DNA from: the human T2T-CHM13v2.0 reference genome, Homo sapiens
NCBI RefSeq assembly: GCF_009914755.1
Contig: NC_060937.1
Direction: 5' to 3' (one strand)
Length of the DNA: 64,000 nucleotides
Under the pieces are notes generated by a model. That model had not been told where the DNA came from. It saw only the letters and a program-made list of their open reading frames with translations, and did not search any database. Of the stretch, positions 12,620 through 28,210 are shown piece after piece; position 1 is the first letter of the stretch, and every line of letters starts with the position of its first letter. Both the position numbers and the translations under genes were made by a program.

Positions 12620-15600
12620 TATTTTATATATATATATATAATTTCAACAGCTTTTGAGTATGAGTGGTTTTTGGTTACATGGATGAAATTTACAGTGGTG
12701 AAGTCAGAGACTGTAGTGCACCTGTCACCTGAGTAGTGTACATTGTACCCAATATGTAGTTTTTTTATCCATCACCCCCTCCCTCTCCACTCTGAGTCTC
12801 CAGTGTCCATTATACCACTCTGTATGTCTTGGTGTATCCATGGCTTAGCTCCCCATTATAAATGAGAACATACAATATTTGATTTTCCATTCCTGAATTA
12901 TTCCACTTAGAATGATGGGTTCCAGCTCCATCCAGGTTGCTGCAAAAGACATGATTTTATTCTTTTTTATGACTGAGTAGTATTCCATGATGTATATATA
13001 CCACATTATCTTTATCCAATCAGTTGATGGACACTTAGATTGGTTCCGTATCTTTGCATATGTGAAGTATGCTGAGATAAACATGTGTGCAGGTGGCTTT
13101 TGATATAACTTCTTTTCATTTGGGTAGATACCCAATAGTGGGAATGCTGGATTGAATGGTAGATCTACTATTAGTTCTTTGAGAAATCTGCATATTGTTT
13201 TCCATAGTGATTGTGCTAATATACATTCCCACCAACAGTATATAACTGTTCCCTTTTCACCACATTCATGCCAAACTTGATTATTTTTTGAAGTTTTATT
13301 AATGGTAATTCTGGCTGGAGTACGGTTTTATGTCATTTTGGTTTTAATTTGCATATTTCCCTGATGATTAGTGATGATGAGTATTTTTTCATATGGTTGT
13401 TGGCCATTTGTATATTTTCTTTTGAGAAGCATCTATTCATGCCATTTGTCCACTTTTTGATGAAGTTATTTTTTTTCTTGCTGATTTGTTTGAATTCCTT
13501 GTAGGTTATGGATATTAGTTCTCTGTTGGATGTACAGTTTGAAAATATTTGCTACCATTCTGTGGGTTGCCTGTTTACTCTGATGATTATTTATTTTGCT
13601 GTGCAGAAGTTTTTTAGTTTAATTAGGTCCCATTTATTTTTGTTTTTGTTGCATTTGGTTTTGGGATCTTAGTAACACATTCTTTGCCTACACCAGTGCC
13701 CAAAAGTGTTTTTCCTACGTTCTCTGCTAGACTTTTTGTGGTTTCGAGTCTTAGAGTTAAGTCATTGATCCATACGGTGTTGACTTTTTTAGATGGTGAG
13801 AGATAGGGATCCAATTTCATTCTTCTACATGTGGCTATCTTGTTTTCCCAGCACTATTTATTAAACAGGATGTCCTTTCCACAGGTTATGTTTTTGTATG
13901 CTTTGTCAAAGATCAGTTGGCTTTAAGCATTTGGCTTTTTTCTGGGTTCTCTATTCTGTTCCATTGGTCTATGTATATACCTTGATGCCAGTGCCATGCT
14001 GTTTTGGTTACTACAGCCTTGTAGTATAATTTGAAGTCAGGTAATGTGATGCCTCCACATTTGTTCTTTTTGCTTAGGAATGATTCAGCTATTTGGGCTC
14101 TTTTTTTGGTTCCATATGAATTTTAGGATATTTTTTCTAATTCTGTGAAAAATGATGTTGATATATTGAGAGGAAATGCATTAAATATGTACATTGCTTT
14201 TGGCAGTATGGTCATTTTCATGATATTGATTCTTGTGGTCCGTGAGCGTGGGATACATTACCATTTCTTTGTGTCATCTATGATTTCTTTCAGTAGTGTT
14301 TTGTAGCTGATCTTGCAGAGATTTTTTACCTCCCTGGTTATGTGTATTTGTAGGTATCATTTCTTTTGCAGCTATTGTAGAAGGGATTGAGTTGTTGATT
14401 TTATTCTCAGGTTGGTTGTTGGTGGTGAATAGCAGTAATAACTGATTTCTATACATTGATTTTGTCACCTGAGACTTTACTGAATTCATTTATCTAATCT
14501 AGTAGTCTTTTGGGGGAGTCTTCAGGATTTTCTAGATGTATGACTGTATCATCAGCAAACCGGGATAGTTTGACTTCCTCTTTTCCAATTTGGGTACACT
14601 TTATTTCTTTCTCTTGACAAATCTCTCTGACTAGGACTTCTAGTCATATGTTGAATAGAAGCAGTGAAAGTGGGCATTCTTGTCTTATTCCAGCTCTTAG
14701 AAGGGATGCTTTCAACTTTTCTTCATTTTGTATGATGTTAGCTATGGGTTTGTTTTATACAGCTTTATTATTTTGAGGTATGTTTCTTCTATGCCTAGTT
14801 TTTTGAGGGTTTTTATCAGAAAGGGATGTTGGATTTTATTGAATGCTTTTTCTGGTTCAATTGAGATGATGATGTTATTTTTGTTTTTAATTCTGTTAAT
14901 GTGATGAATCACATTTAACGACTTTTGTATGTTGACCCATCCTGAGATGACAACCACTTGATTATGGTGAATTATCTTTTTGATGTCCTAGTATTTTGTT
15001 GAGGGTTTTTGTATCTATGTTCATCAGGGACATTGGTCTGTAGTTTTATTGTTGTTGTTGTTATGTCCTTTCCTGGCTTGGGTACCAGGGTAATATTGGG
15101 TTCATAGAATAAATTGGGGGGGAGTCCCTCTTTCTCAATATTTGGAAATAGTTTCAGTAGATTTGGTACCATTTCTTCTTTGAATGTCTGGTAGAATTTG
15201 GCTGTTGTTCCATTTGGCTCTGGCCTTTTTATTTTTGGAAATGTTTATATTAATGATTCAATCTCACTGCTTGTTATTGGTCTGTTCAGGATTTCTATTT
15301 CTTCCTGATTCAAGCTGTGAGGCTTGTATGTTTCCAGGAATGTATCCATTTCCTATAAAATTTTGATTTGTATGCATAGAGGAGTTCATGGTAGACTTGA
15401 ATGATCTTTTGTATTTCTGTAGTATTGGTTGTAATGTCTCCATTTTTTTCTGATTGTGCTAATTTGAAACTTCTCTCTTTTTATTTTTTTTTGGTTAATC
15501 TACATAATGGTATATTGACTTTATTTACCTTTTCAAAGAACCAAATTTTTGCTTTATTGTTCTTTTGTACTTTTTTGGTTTGGTTCCATTTAGTTCTGCT

Positions 15601-16962
15601 TTAATGTTTGTTATTACTTTTCATTTGCCAGCTTTGAGTTTGGTTTGTTCTTGTTTCTCTCATTTCTTGAGGTATGGTGCTAAGTTGTCAATTTGTGAGC
15701 TTTCAGACTTTTTGATGTAGGCATTAAGCACTATACACTTTTCTCTTAGCGCTGCTTCTGCTGTATACCAGAAGTGTTTATAACTTGTGCCACTACTATC
15801 ATTCATTTCAAAAGATTTTTAAATTTCCATTTTTGAGTTCATTTTTAACCTAAAAATCATTCAAGAGCATATTGTTTAATTTCTGTGTATTTGTATAGTT
15901 TTGAGTATTCCTTTTGGAGTTGATTTCTAGTTTTATTCCACTGTGGTCTGAGAAAATAGTTGATATAATTTTGATTTTAAAAAATTCTTGAAACTTCTTT
16001 TGTAGCCTATAGTATGGTCTATCTTGGAGAATGTTCCATGTGCTGATGGGAAGAATGTATATTCTGCAATTCATAAGTAGAATGTTCTGTAAATACCTGT
16101 TAGGCCCATTTGTTCTAGATTGCAATTTAAGTCCAGTGTTTCCTTGTAGATTTTCTGCCTTGATTATCTGTCTAGTGCGGTTGGTGAAGTGTTGAAGGCC
16201 CCCACTATTATTGTGTTACTGTCTATCTCTTCATGTAGGTATAGTAGCAATTGCTTTATGAGTCTGGGATCTCCAGAGTTAGGTGCATGTATATTTAGGA
16301 TTGTAATATCTTCTTGCTGAATTGATCCTTTTATCATTATACAATGACCTTATTTGTCTTTTTTTACTGTTGTTCCTTTAAAGTCTGTTTTATCTGATAT
16401 AAGAATAGCTACACCTGCTGACTTTTGGCTTCCATTTGCATGAAATATCTTTTTCTTTTTCCATGCCATTACCTTGAATCTAAAATAATTGTTATGTGTT
16501 AGGTGTGTCTCCTGAAGACAGAAAATGTTTGGTTTGTAATTTTTTATCCATTCTGGAAATATGTATCTTTTAAATGGAGCATTTAGAACATTTACATTCA
16601 ATGTTAATATTGAGATGTGAGGTACTGTTCCACTCATCATGTTGGTTGTTATCTAGGTACTTTGTTCCCTTCCTTTTGTTATTATTTTGTAGGATCTGTG
16701 AGTTTCATGCTTTTAAGAGGTTCTATTCTGGTGCATATCAACCTTCTGTTTCAAGCTTTAAAACTCCTTTTAACATTTCTTGCAGGGCTGATATAGTAGT
16801 GACTAATTTCCTCAGCATTCGCTTGTCTGAAAAACAATGTATTTTTTCTTCTTTTATGAAATTAGTTTTGCTGGATACAAAATTCTCGGTTGGCAGTTAT
16901 GCTGTTTAAGAAGGCTAAAGATAGGACCACAATCTCTTCTGGCTGGTAAAGTTTCTGCTGAG
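12620..16962 (-). mobile_element. LINE-1 L1PB-like, 5'-truncated within ORF1, decayed ORF2
   Basis: L1PB-type 3' end (gtggtttttggttacatggatgaa); ORF-track pieces match ORF2p: endonuclease ISILTLNVN...CLQETHL...GVAILISDK (16350-16640), [20 protein letters not shown]...[31 protein letters not shown]; degenerate TSD tactttttcttatatgtat (12604) / tacttttctatatttat (16963). Confidence 0.93.
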
Positions 16963-17054
16963 TACTTTTCTATATTTATGAAAGAAAGTAATATATTACC
17001 ATTAGATGAATTCTAAAATTTGTCTCAATTTTTATACTAAAGAGTATACTCTTT

Positions 17055-17180
17055 GTTTTATAGATGAAGAAGCTGAAATCTAAAATTGGTAGTGAATTGT
17101 CCAAGGTCAGATGCATAATAAATGGCAGAAATGTACTAAAATCTAGATTTTGATTCCATAACTAATGTACCTTTCACAAT
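17055..17180 (-). mobile_element. MIR SINE
   Basis: ttttatagatgaagaagctgaa...ttgtccaaggtcaga...aaatggcaga, MIR core. Confidence 0.75.
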
Positions 17181-20100
17181 AGTTACTCACTTTGTTGCCT
17201 CGTAACAGTGGACACTTTATAGCTCATCACAATGAAGAGTAATTTGAACATCCTTGGATTTCCAATTCTACTTTTTGACTCCAATAGCAATAAAAACTGA
17301 TATCATTTTATAGTAAAAAACACTATAGACAAAGTTCATTGAGCCCTGATAGCTCCTATTTGTCAATTTTAATGTAGATTTATTATGAATATGATTGCCC
17401 TAATGAATATCTGTTTATTGTTGTCAAAGCCACATAATGAAGAACCTGTAATGATTTGGACATTAAGCTGAGTCCATGTTCAATGAACATGTCTAATTTA
17501 TGTTAATACAAACTGCATCAGTAGAGTTGGAGCCATGGATTTTCGATAAAGCATGAACTAAAGCCAGTATTTAAATTTTTAAACATAATTTGTTTATGTA
17601 ATTGTATAATGTGCCTTTTTCTTATAAACTATAACTATTAACTTGTTCATTTTTTGAATGTATACCTAAAAAAGCATTTGCCACATGCAAGACAGGATTT
17701 GTAAGAATAATATTATTAAGTATTATTCTAAAGTTATATTTTACTACTCTTCCCAGTTTAAGGATATAGTGAGTACTAATTTTTTTCCTGTAAATTTTGT
17801 TTTAGCATTTTGGGATATTTCTACTCACAAATATTTACTTCAATAATTATGTCCTTATGTATTTTCTGTTAGTTTTCTGTGACTCAACTCTTTAAATTTC
17901 TAAACTTAAGAACATTTTGAGAAAACCACAATTTTCAATTTTATAAAGATAAGCACCTGCTTGTTTGTAAGCTTATGAAAATCTTATACAAAACTTTTTG
18001 CTTGGCGGAGATGTGGAGCAAGATGGCAAGTAGAATCCTTGACTGATCATTGTCCCTGTGGGAATACCACATTGAACAACACCCCCACACAGAAAAAAGC
18101 ACTTTCATAGGAACCAGAAATCAGGTGAGTAGTCCGAGTACCTGGTTTTAACTTCATATCACTGATATAGTCACTTAAAAGAGTAAGAAAGAGAGTCTTG
18201 ACTTACCAGTACCAATCCTTTCCCATCCCCCTGACAGTGGTTGATTGTTGTGGAGACAGAATCTTTGTGCTTGGGGAAGGGAGAGCACAATGATGGTGGG
18301 ATTTTGGCATTGAAACTCAGAGTTGCCCTGTCAGAACAGTAGTACCAGGCAGAATTCAGTTGTTTCCCACAGAAGGAGCATTTAGACCAGTCCTAGCCAA
18401 AAGGGAATCACCCAACTCAGTGGTCAGAATTGATTTCTAGGAAGCCTTGCCACAATGTGCTAAAGTGTGCTGTGATCCTAAATAAACTTGCCAGGCAGTC
18501 TATGCCACAAGGTCTGCAATTCCTGGGAAAGTCCAGGTGCTAAGCTGGGCTCAGAGCCAGTGGTCTTGTGGGGCACATAACCCATTGAGACACCAGCTGG
18601 GACAGACAAGGGAGTTCTTGCACCACCCATAACCCAACCCAAGGCAGTGCTGCTTGCAGCTCCAGGAGTTACTCTTGCCTTCTGCTTGAGGAACAGAGAA
18701 AGGAGAGTAAAAAGGGCTTTGTCTTACAACTTAGAAATCAGCTTAATCACAGTAGGATAGGACACCAGGCAGAGTCCTGAGGCCCCGATTCTAGGCCCTA
18801 GTTTATTGGCAATATTTTTATACACACACTGGGTCAGAAGGAAATCTGCTGCCTTGAAGGGAATTACCCATCCCTGGCAGCATCATCGCTTACTAACTAA
18901 AGAGATTTTGGGCCCTGAATAATCAGCAGCAGTACCCAGGAAGTACTCATGGTAGTACTTGAGTGAGACTAAGAGACATGCCAGATTCAGATGTGACACA
19001 GAACACTTTCAGCTGTAATGGCTATGGGGAGAGACGCCTGCTTGAGAAAAGAGGAGCAAGAGTAAAGGGGAATTTGTCTTGAAGCTTAGGTATCAGCTTG
19101 GCAACAGCGGGGTAGAGCAAAAAGGGAACTCTTGGGGTCTCTGATTCCAGGACTTAGCTCTTGAGTGGCATTTCTGGGCCACCTTGGACCAGAAGGGAGC
19201 CCACTTCCCTAAAAGGAGAGTACAAGGCCTGGCAACATTCACCATAAGCTTAACGAAGAGCCCTATGGCCTTCAGTGGACATTGGTGTTAGCCAGGAATA
19301 CTCACCATAGCTCAGGGGCACTGGTGGTCATGGAGAGAGACTCCTCTGCTTGTGAAAGTGGAGGGAAGAGTGGGAAAGAATTTGTCTTATGGCTTGGATG
19401 CCAGCTCAGTTGCAGTAGAGTAGAATGCCAGGTAGAGTCCTAAGATTTCTGACTGCAGGCTCTGGCTCCCAGATGGCATCTCTGGACCTGCCCAGTGTCA
19501 GGAAGAACTTGTCACCCTGAAGGAAAGGATACAAGCCTGGCTAGCTTTGCCACTTGGTGATTGTAGCTTCCTCAGGCCTTGAACAAACATAAGTGGTAGT
19601 GAGGCAGTGATTACTGCAGACCTTAGGCAAGAACCTGTGCTGTGCTGGCTTCAGTTCTGACCCAGCACAGTCCCAGTGGTGGTGGTCACAGGGGTGCTTA
19701 TGATACAACTCCACCAGCTCCAGGAAGCTCACCACAGACAGAGAGAGTCAATTTTTTTTTTTTTTTTTTTTGTGCGGGGAGAAAGTAAGGGGAGAGAGTC
19801 AATTTTTTTTTTTTTATTTTTTTTTTTATTTTTTTTGTGCGGGGAGAAAGTAAGGGAAGAGAACAAAAGTTTCTACCTGGAATTCAGAGAAATTGTTTGG
19901 ATTATATCCACGACCACAAAGGCAATACCTCTATGGGTCTGCAAGATCCAGAGTGTTACTGGGCTTGGGGTAATTCTGGGCTTTCTCTAATGCAGAAATG
20001 GCTTCAGTGACCAAAAACTTAGATCACAAAACCCAAGTCACTTTGAATACCTGGAAAACCTTTTCGAGAAAGGAAGGCATAAACAATCCCAGACAATGAA

Positions 20101-21019
20101 GACTACAATAAATATAATAGCTATACTTATATCAGACAAAATACATTTCAGGACAAAAACTATGAAAAGAGACAAAGAAGACAATGATATAATGATAAAA
20201 GGGGTCAATTTAGCAACAGGATATAATAATTTTAAATATATATGCACCCAACACTGGAACACCCAGATAGATAAAGCAGATATCAGAACTAAAGAGACAG
20301 ATAGGCCCTAATACAATAATAGCCAGAGACTTCAACACCCTACTTCAGCACTGATTATTATCCAGACAGAAAATCAATAAAGAATCACTGGACTTAATCT
20401 GCACTATTGACCAAATGGAACTAATAGATATTTACAGAACATTTCACCCAATGGCTACAGAATATGCATTTTCGTCCTCAGCAAATGGATCATTCTCAAG
20501 GATAGACCATAAGTTAGGCCACAAAACAAGTCTTAAAATATTCAAAAAAAATAAAATTATATTAAGTATCTTCTCTGACCACAATGGAATAAAACTGGAA
20601 ATCAGCCAAAAGAGGATTTTGGAAATTATGAAAACATTTGAAAATTAAATAATACACTCCTGAATGACCAGTGTGTCAATGAAGAAATTACAAACAAAAT
20701 TTAAAAAATTTCTTGAATCAAATAATAATGGAAATAACATCCTAAAACCTGTATGATACAGTGATAGCACTAAGATGAAAGTTTATAGTTATAAGCACCT
20801 ACATCTAAAAAGTAGAAAAATTTCAAATAACATATTAATGCATCATAAAGAGCTACTAGAAATCAAAAGGAAACTAAACTCAAAATTAGTAGAAGCAAAT
20901 AAATAATAAAGATCACAGCAGATAATCAAATTGAAATGAAGAAAACAATAAGAAAGCTCAATGAAATGGAAAGTTGGATTTTCAAAAGGTAAATGAAGCT
21001 GACAAACCTTTAGTCAGGC

Positions 21020-23494
21020 TCTATTAGTTCATTCTTGCATTGCTGTAAAATAAACCTGAGATTGGGTAATTTATTTAAAAAAGAGGTTTAATTGGCTAAC
21101 AATTTCATAGGCTGTATAGGAAGCATGATGCTGGCCATCTGTTTGGCTTCTGAGGAGGCCTCAGAAAACTTACAATTATGGTGGAAAGTGAAGAGGAATC
21201 AGGCTTGTCTTACATGGCCAGAGCAGGAGAAGGAGAGAGAGTGGGGAGGTGCCACACACTTTTAAAGAAGCAGGTGTCATGAGAACTCACTGAATATACA
21301 GTACCAAGGGGGGATGGTGCTAAACCATTTATGAGAACTCTACTCTCATTATACAATCCCCACTTCCAACACTGGGGATTACAATTAGACATGAGATTTC
21401 GACAGAGACACAGATCAAAACAATATCATTCACCTCTGGCCCTTCCAAAATCTCATGTTTTGTTCATATTGCAAAATACAATCATGCCTTCCCAACATTC
21501 CCCCGAAGTCTTAACTCATGCCAGCATTAATTAAAAGTCCAAATTACCAAATTTCATCTGAGACAAGGCAAGTCCCTTCTGACTATGGGCTTGTAAAATC
21601 AGAAACAAGTTAGTTTCTTCCATGATAAAATGGAGGTACAGGCATTGGGTAAATACTCGTGTTCCAAAAGGGAGAAATTGGCCAAAAGAAAGGAGCAACA
21701 GGCCTCATACGAGTTTGAAATCCAGCAGGGTGGTCATTACATCTTAAAGCTCCAAAATAATCTCCTTGGACTTCATGTCTCACATACAGGGAACACTGAT
21801 GCAAAGAATGGGCTCCCAAGGCCTGGGGCAGCCATGTCCCTGTGGTTTTGCAGGTGCCAGCCCCTGTGGCTGCTCTCATGAGTTGTCATCGAGTGCCTGC
21901 AGCTTTTCCAGGCTCATGGTGCAAACTGACAGTGAATCTACCATTCTGGGGTCTGGAGGATGGTAGTCCTCTTCTCACAGCTCCACTGGGCAAGTGACCC
22001 AATGGGGCCTCTGTGTGGGGTCTCCAACCACACATTTTTCCTCCACAGTGTCCTATTAGTGCTTCTCAATGAGGGTTCCGCCCCCATAGCAGGCTTCTGC
22101 CTGGACATCCAGCCTTTTTCATACATCCTTTCAAATCTAGGCAGGCTCCAAAGCCTCAACTCTTGCACTCTGTGCACCTGCAGGCTTAACACCATGTGGA
22201 ATCCTCCATAGATTATGACTTGCACCTTTTGAAGCATCACCCCGAGGTATACCTGGGCCCCTTTTAGCCAGGGCTGGAGCTGGTGAAGCTGGAAAGCAGA
22301 GTGCAGCATCTTGAGGCTGCACAAGACAGCAGGGCCTTAGGCCTGGCCCACAAAACTATTCTTCCCTCCTAGGCTTCTGGGCCTGTAATGGGAGGAGCTG
22401 CTGCAAAGGTCTCTGAAATGCCTTTGAGGGCTTCTTCCCATTGTCTTGGCTGTCAGTATTTGCCTTCCTTTTAGTTATGCAAATTTCTTTAGCCTTCTTG
22501 AATTTCTCCCTAGAAAATAGATTTTTATTTTCTACTACATCTCCAGGCTGCAAATTTTCCAAACTTTTATGCTCTGTTTCCCTTTTATTTTATTATACTT
22601 TAAGTTCTAGGGTACATGTGCACAGTGTCCCTTTTAAACATAAGTTCCAGTTTCAAGTCAATTCTTTGCTCATGCATATGAAGATAGTTTTTTAGAAGCA
22701 GCCAGGCCACATTTTGAATACTTTGCTGCATAGAAATTTCTTCCATCAGATAGTCTAAATTGTTATCTAAAGTTCAAAGTCCCACAGACCCCTAGGGCAG
22801 GGGCACAATGCCTCTAGGCTCTTTGCACAACAAAAATAACTTTTCCTCTAGTTCCCAAAATGTTTCTCATTCCTGTGTGAGACCTGCTCTGCCCAGACTT
22901 TATTGTCCACATTACTATCAGCAATTCTGTCACAACCATTTAACCAATCACAAAGCTTCCAAAATTTCCCTCATCTTCCTGTCTTCTTCTGAGCCCTCCA
23001 ACTCTTCCAACTTCTGCCCATTACCCTGTTCTAAAGCTGCTTCCACATTTTCAGGTATATTTATAGCAACATTCCACTTCTCAGTACCAATTTTCCATAT
23101 TAATTAATTCTCACAATGCTATAAAGAAATACCTGAGACTGGGTAACTTATAAAGAAAAGAGGTTTAATTGGTTCATGGTTTCACAGGCCTTACAGGAAG
23201 CATGATGCTGGCCATCTGTTTGGTTTTGGAGGAGGCCTCAGGAAATTTACAGTCATGACAGAAGGTGAAGGGGATACAGGCTTGTCTTATATGGCCAGAG
23301 CAGGAAGAGGAGAGTGTGGAGGTGCTACCAGCTTTTAAACAAGATCTCATGAGAACTCACTCATTATATAGTATCAAGGGGGAATGGTGCTAAACTATTT
23401 ATGAGAACTCTGCCCCTACCAGGTCCCACCTCCAACACTGGGGGTTATAATTTGACATAAGATTTGTGTGGAGATGCATATTGATACCATATCA
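21020..23494 (-). mobile_element. MSTA-like ERVL-MaLR element, complete LTR-internal-LTR
   Basis: LTRs 21020-21428 and 23096-23494, both ending atatca on the + strand; ~1.67-kb internal region; perfect 5-bp TSD caggc at 21015-21019 and 23495-23499. Confidence 0.93.
22588..22627 (-). mobile_element. L1PA 3' terminal 40-bp insertion
   Basis: ttttattatactttaagttctagggtacatgtgcaca matches the L1PA 3' end; TSD tccctttta at 22579-22587 and 22628-22636. Confidence 0.88.
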
Positions 23495-24123
23495 CAGGCT
23501 AACTAAGAAAAAAAGAAAATCTAAATAAATAAAATCAGAGAAGAAAAAGGAGATATTACAACTGATACCACAGAAATTCAAAGGATCATTAGAGGCTACT
23601 ATGTGCAAGTATATGCCCATAAGTTAGAAAACACAAAAGAAATGATAAATTCCTAAACAAACACAACCTACCAACATTGAACCATGAGGGAATTCAAAAC
23701 CTGAATAAATCAATAACAAGAGTTTGAAGCCATAATAGAAGGTCTTTCAACAAAGGAAAGCCTGGGACCCAGTGGATTCACTGCTGAATTTTACTAAACA
23801 TTTAAAGAAGAACTATAAAAATCCTACCCAACTATTCTGAAAAATAGAGGAGGGAATATTTCCAAACTCATTCTAAAAGGCCAGTATTACCCTGATACCA
23901 AAACCAGACAAGAACATATCAAAAAAAGAAAACTATAGGACAATACCCCTGATGAACATTGATGCAAAATTTATCAACAAAATACTAACAAACTGAATTC
24001 CACAACAAAGTGAAAAGATTATTCATCATGACAAAGCAGAATTTCTCCTAGGGATATATTAAATTAGCCATATGTATATATATGTAGTATTTTGTAGTTG
24101 ATTTCTTGCACACAGTTGATATT

Positions 24124-26779
<2,656 letters not shown>

Positions 26780-26879
26780 GTGTTCAATAGGTGTTTATTG
26801 TTTTATTAATATACCTTTGCTCCTTTACCTACTTTAATAAATAAGTGGTGTCAGACTCCACTTAATTGCTCAAGAAAAA

Positions 26880-27570
26880 ATATGTTGCTTGATACTTATT
26901 TCTGCCATAATTTTGTTGCCTCCTCATATGTAATTAATCACTAAATCCTATGAATTCTAGCTCTTAAAATATTTCTTGAACTTTCTTATTCTCTACACCC
27001 CCACCATTAGCACCTTCATCCAAGTCTCCCTCTTCTCTTTTGTGGACAGTAGCCTCATGAGTGATCTCTCAGTACTTAAGGTCAGACTGATATTTTAAAA
27101 ATAAAAATGTGGCTATCTTCCTAGTCCTTTACTTGACATCTCAAATGATTTTCTTCCCTTTTAAAAAAAATTCTTCAATACTAACATGGCTTAGAAACTC
27201 TTTAAGGTCATACTTCTGCTTATCATCTCTTAAACCACTCCCCGCTAGGTACTTATCCCTCTTCTTATTGTCATATGAGGGTACTCACACATACTCTTCT
27301 TTCTGTCTGTATCCTTGATCTTCCTCTAATTCCCTCTCATGTATAGCTTTTCCTTTAGGTAATTTTCATTGCTACTTTTTTACTCAGTCTTTAATTAACT
27401 CTCATTTTCATTGCACTTTGTTACTTCTCTTTCTGATATTGATAGCACTTACATTATTGCTTAATGTGTGCCTTCATATTAGACTGTAATCTTTAAGAAT
27501 TCAGGAACCACTCTGTTCTTCCCACTGCTATGCCCCTAGGTCTGTCATAGAGCAGGTGGATGAGCATGAG
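26880..27570 (+). mobile_element. L2 LINE 3' fragment
   Basis: aatcactaaatcctatgaattctagctcttaaaatatttct and ttagactgtaatctttaagaattcaggaacc resemble the L2 3' region. Confidence 0.65.
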
Positions 27571-28064
27571 TTAAATGGTGCTTTTCAAGGAATGGTTAAA
27601 ATAAAGTGAAAAGTTACATTGAGGGTTTTAAGAACTATTTGGAAAAGACAAAAGAGCAGCTAGTATAAACAAGTTTCTTAAGGATACTGGATAACTTTCT
27701 TAAGGATACTGGGCAATGAATGGGATGTTATCTTGAATCATGTGTAGGGTCAAACATTTTTTTTTCTTTTAAAGAAAAATGACAGCTTGATCATATATAA
27801 GGAAGAAAAAAATTATCCAATTAACTACATTGAAATAAAGATTTAAGAAAGAAAAGATATAATTGAAGTAGCATCTTACTAAGAAAGGCAAGGAGATAAT
27901 AATTTACTGTCATCACTTTCATCATCGTTATTATCATCATTATTAGAATAAATAGGTTCAAAACAGGCTCATTATTAGAATAAACAGAATGAAGTCTTTG
28001 GGTTTCCAAATAGTAATTGCAATAGTTTGTTAAGTGTATATTATCTGACAAAACTTGCTAATTA

Positions 28065-28210
28065 TTCCTTACTACTCTATGAAGTAGAAATTTTTACCTC
28101 CATTTTAGCGATGTCGGCATTGAGACTGCAAAACGAGAAAATTTGTCAAGGTCATGCTGTGTCAACACGAATTATCTAAACTTTGTTGTCCTGACTCCAA
28201 ACCCAAAGCA
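28065..28210 (-). mobile_element. MIR SINE
   Basis: ctccattttagcgatg...gagact...tttgtcaaggtcatg...ctgactccaaaccc. Confidence 0.7.

Larger units (their letters stand above)
18005..24057 (+). mobile_element. LINE-1 (L1M1/L1MA-like): long 5'UTR, internal deletion, ORF2 endonuclease-to-RT part, split by MSTA provirus
   Basis: 5' end ggagcaagatggc near 18016; GC-richer 5'UTR to ~20113; ORF2 peptides IAILISDKIHF and LIDIYRTFHP...FSRIDHKLGHK...FSDHNGIKLEI; resumes at 23495 after the LTR element (gggacccagtggattcactgctgaatt). Confidence 0.9.

Noticed and set aside
18005-20000. GC-richer stretch as a promoter or CpG island
   Set aside because: It is an old L1 5'UTR, strongly CpG-depleted
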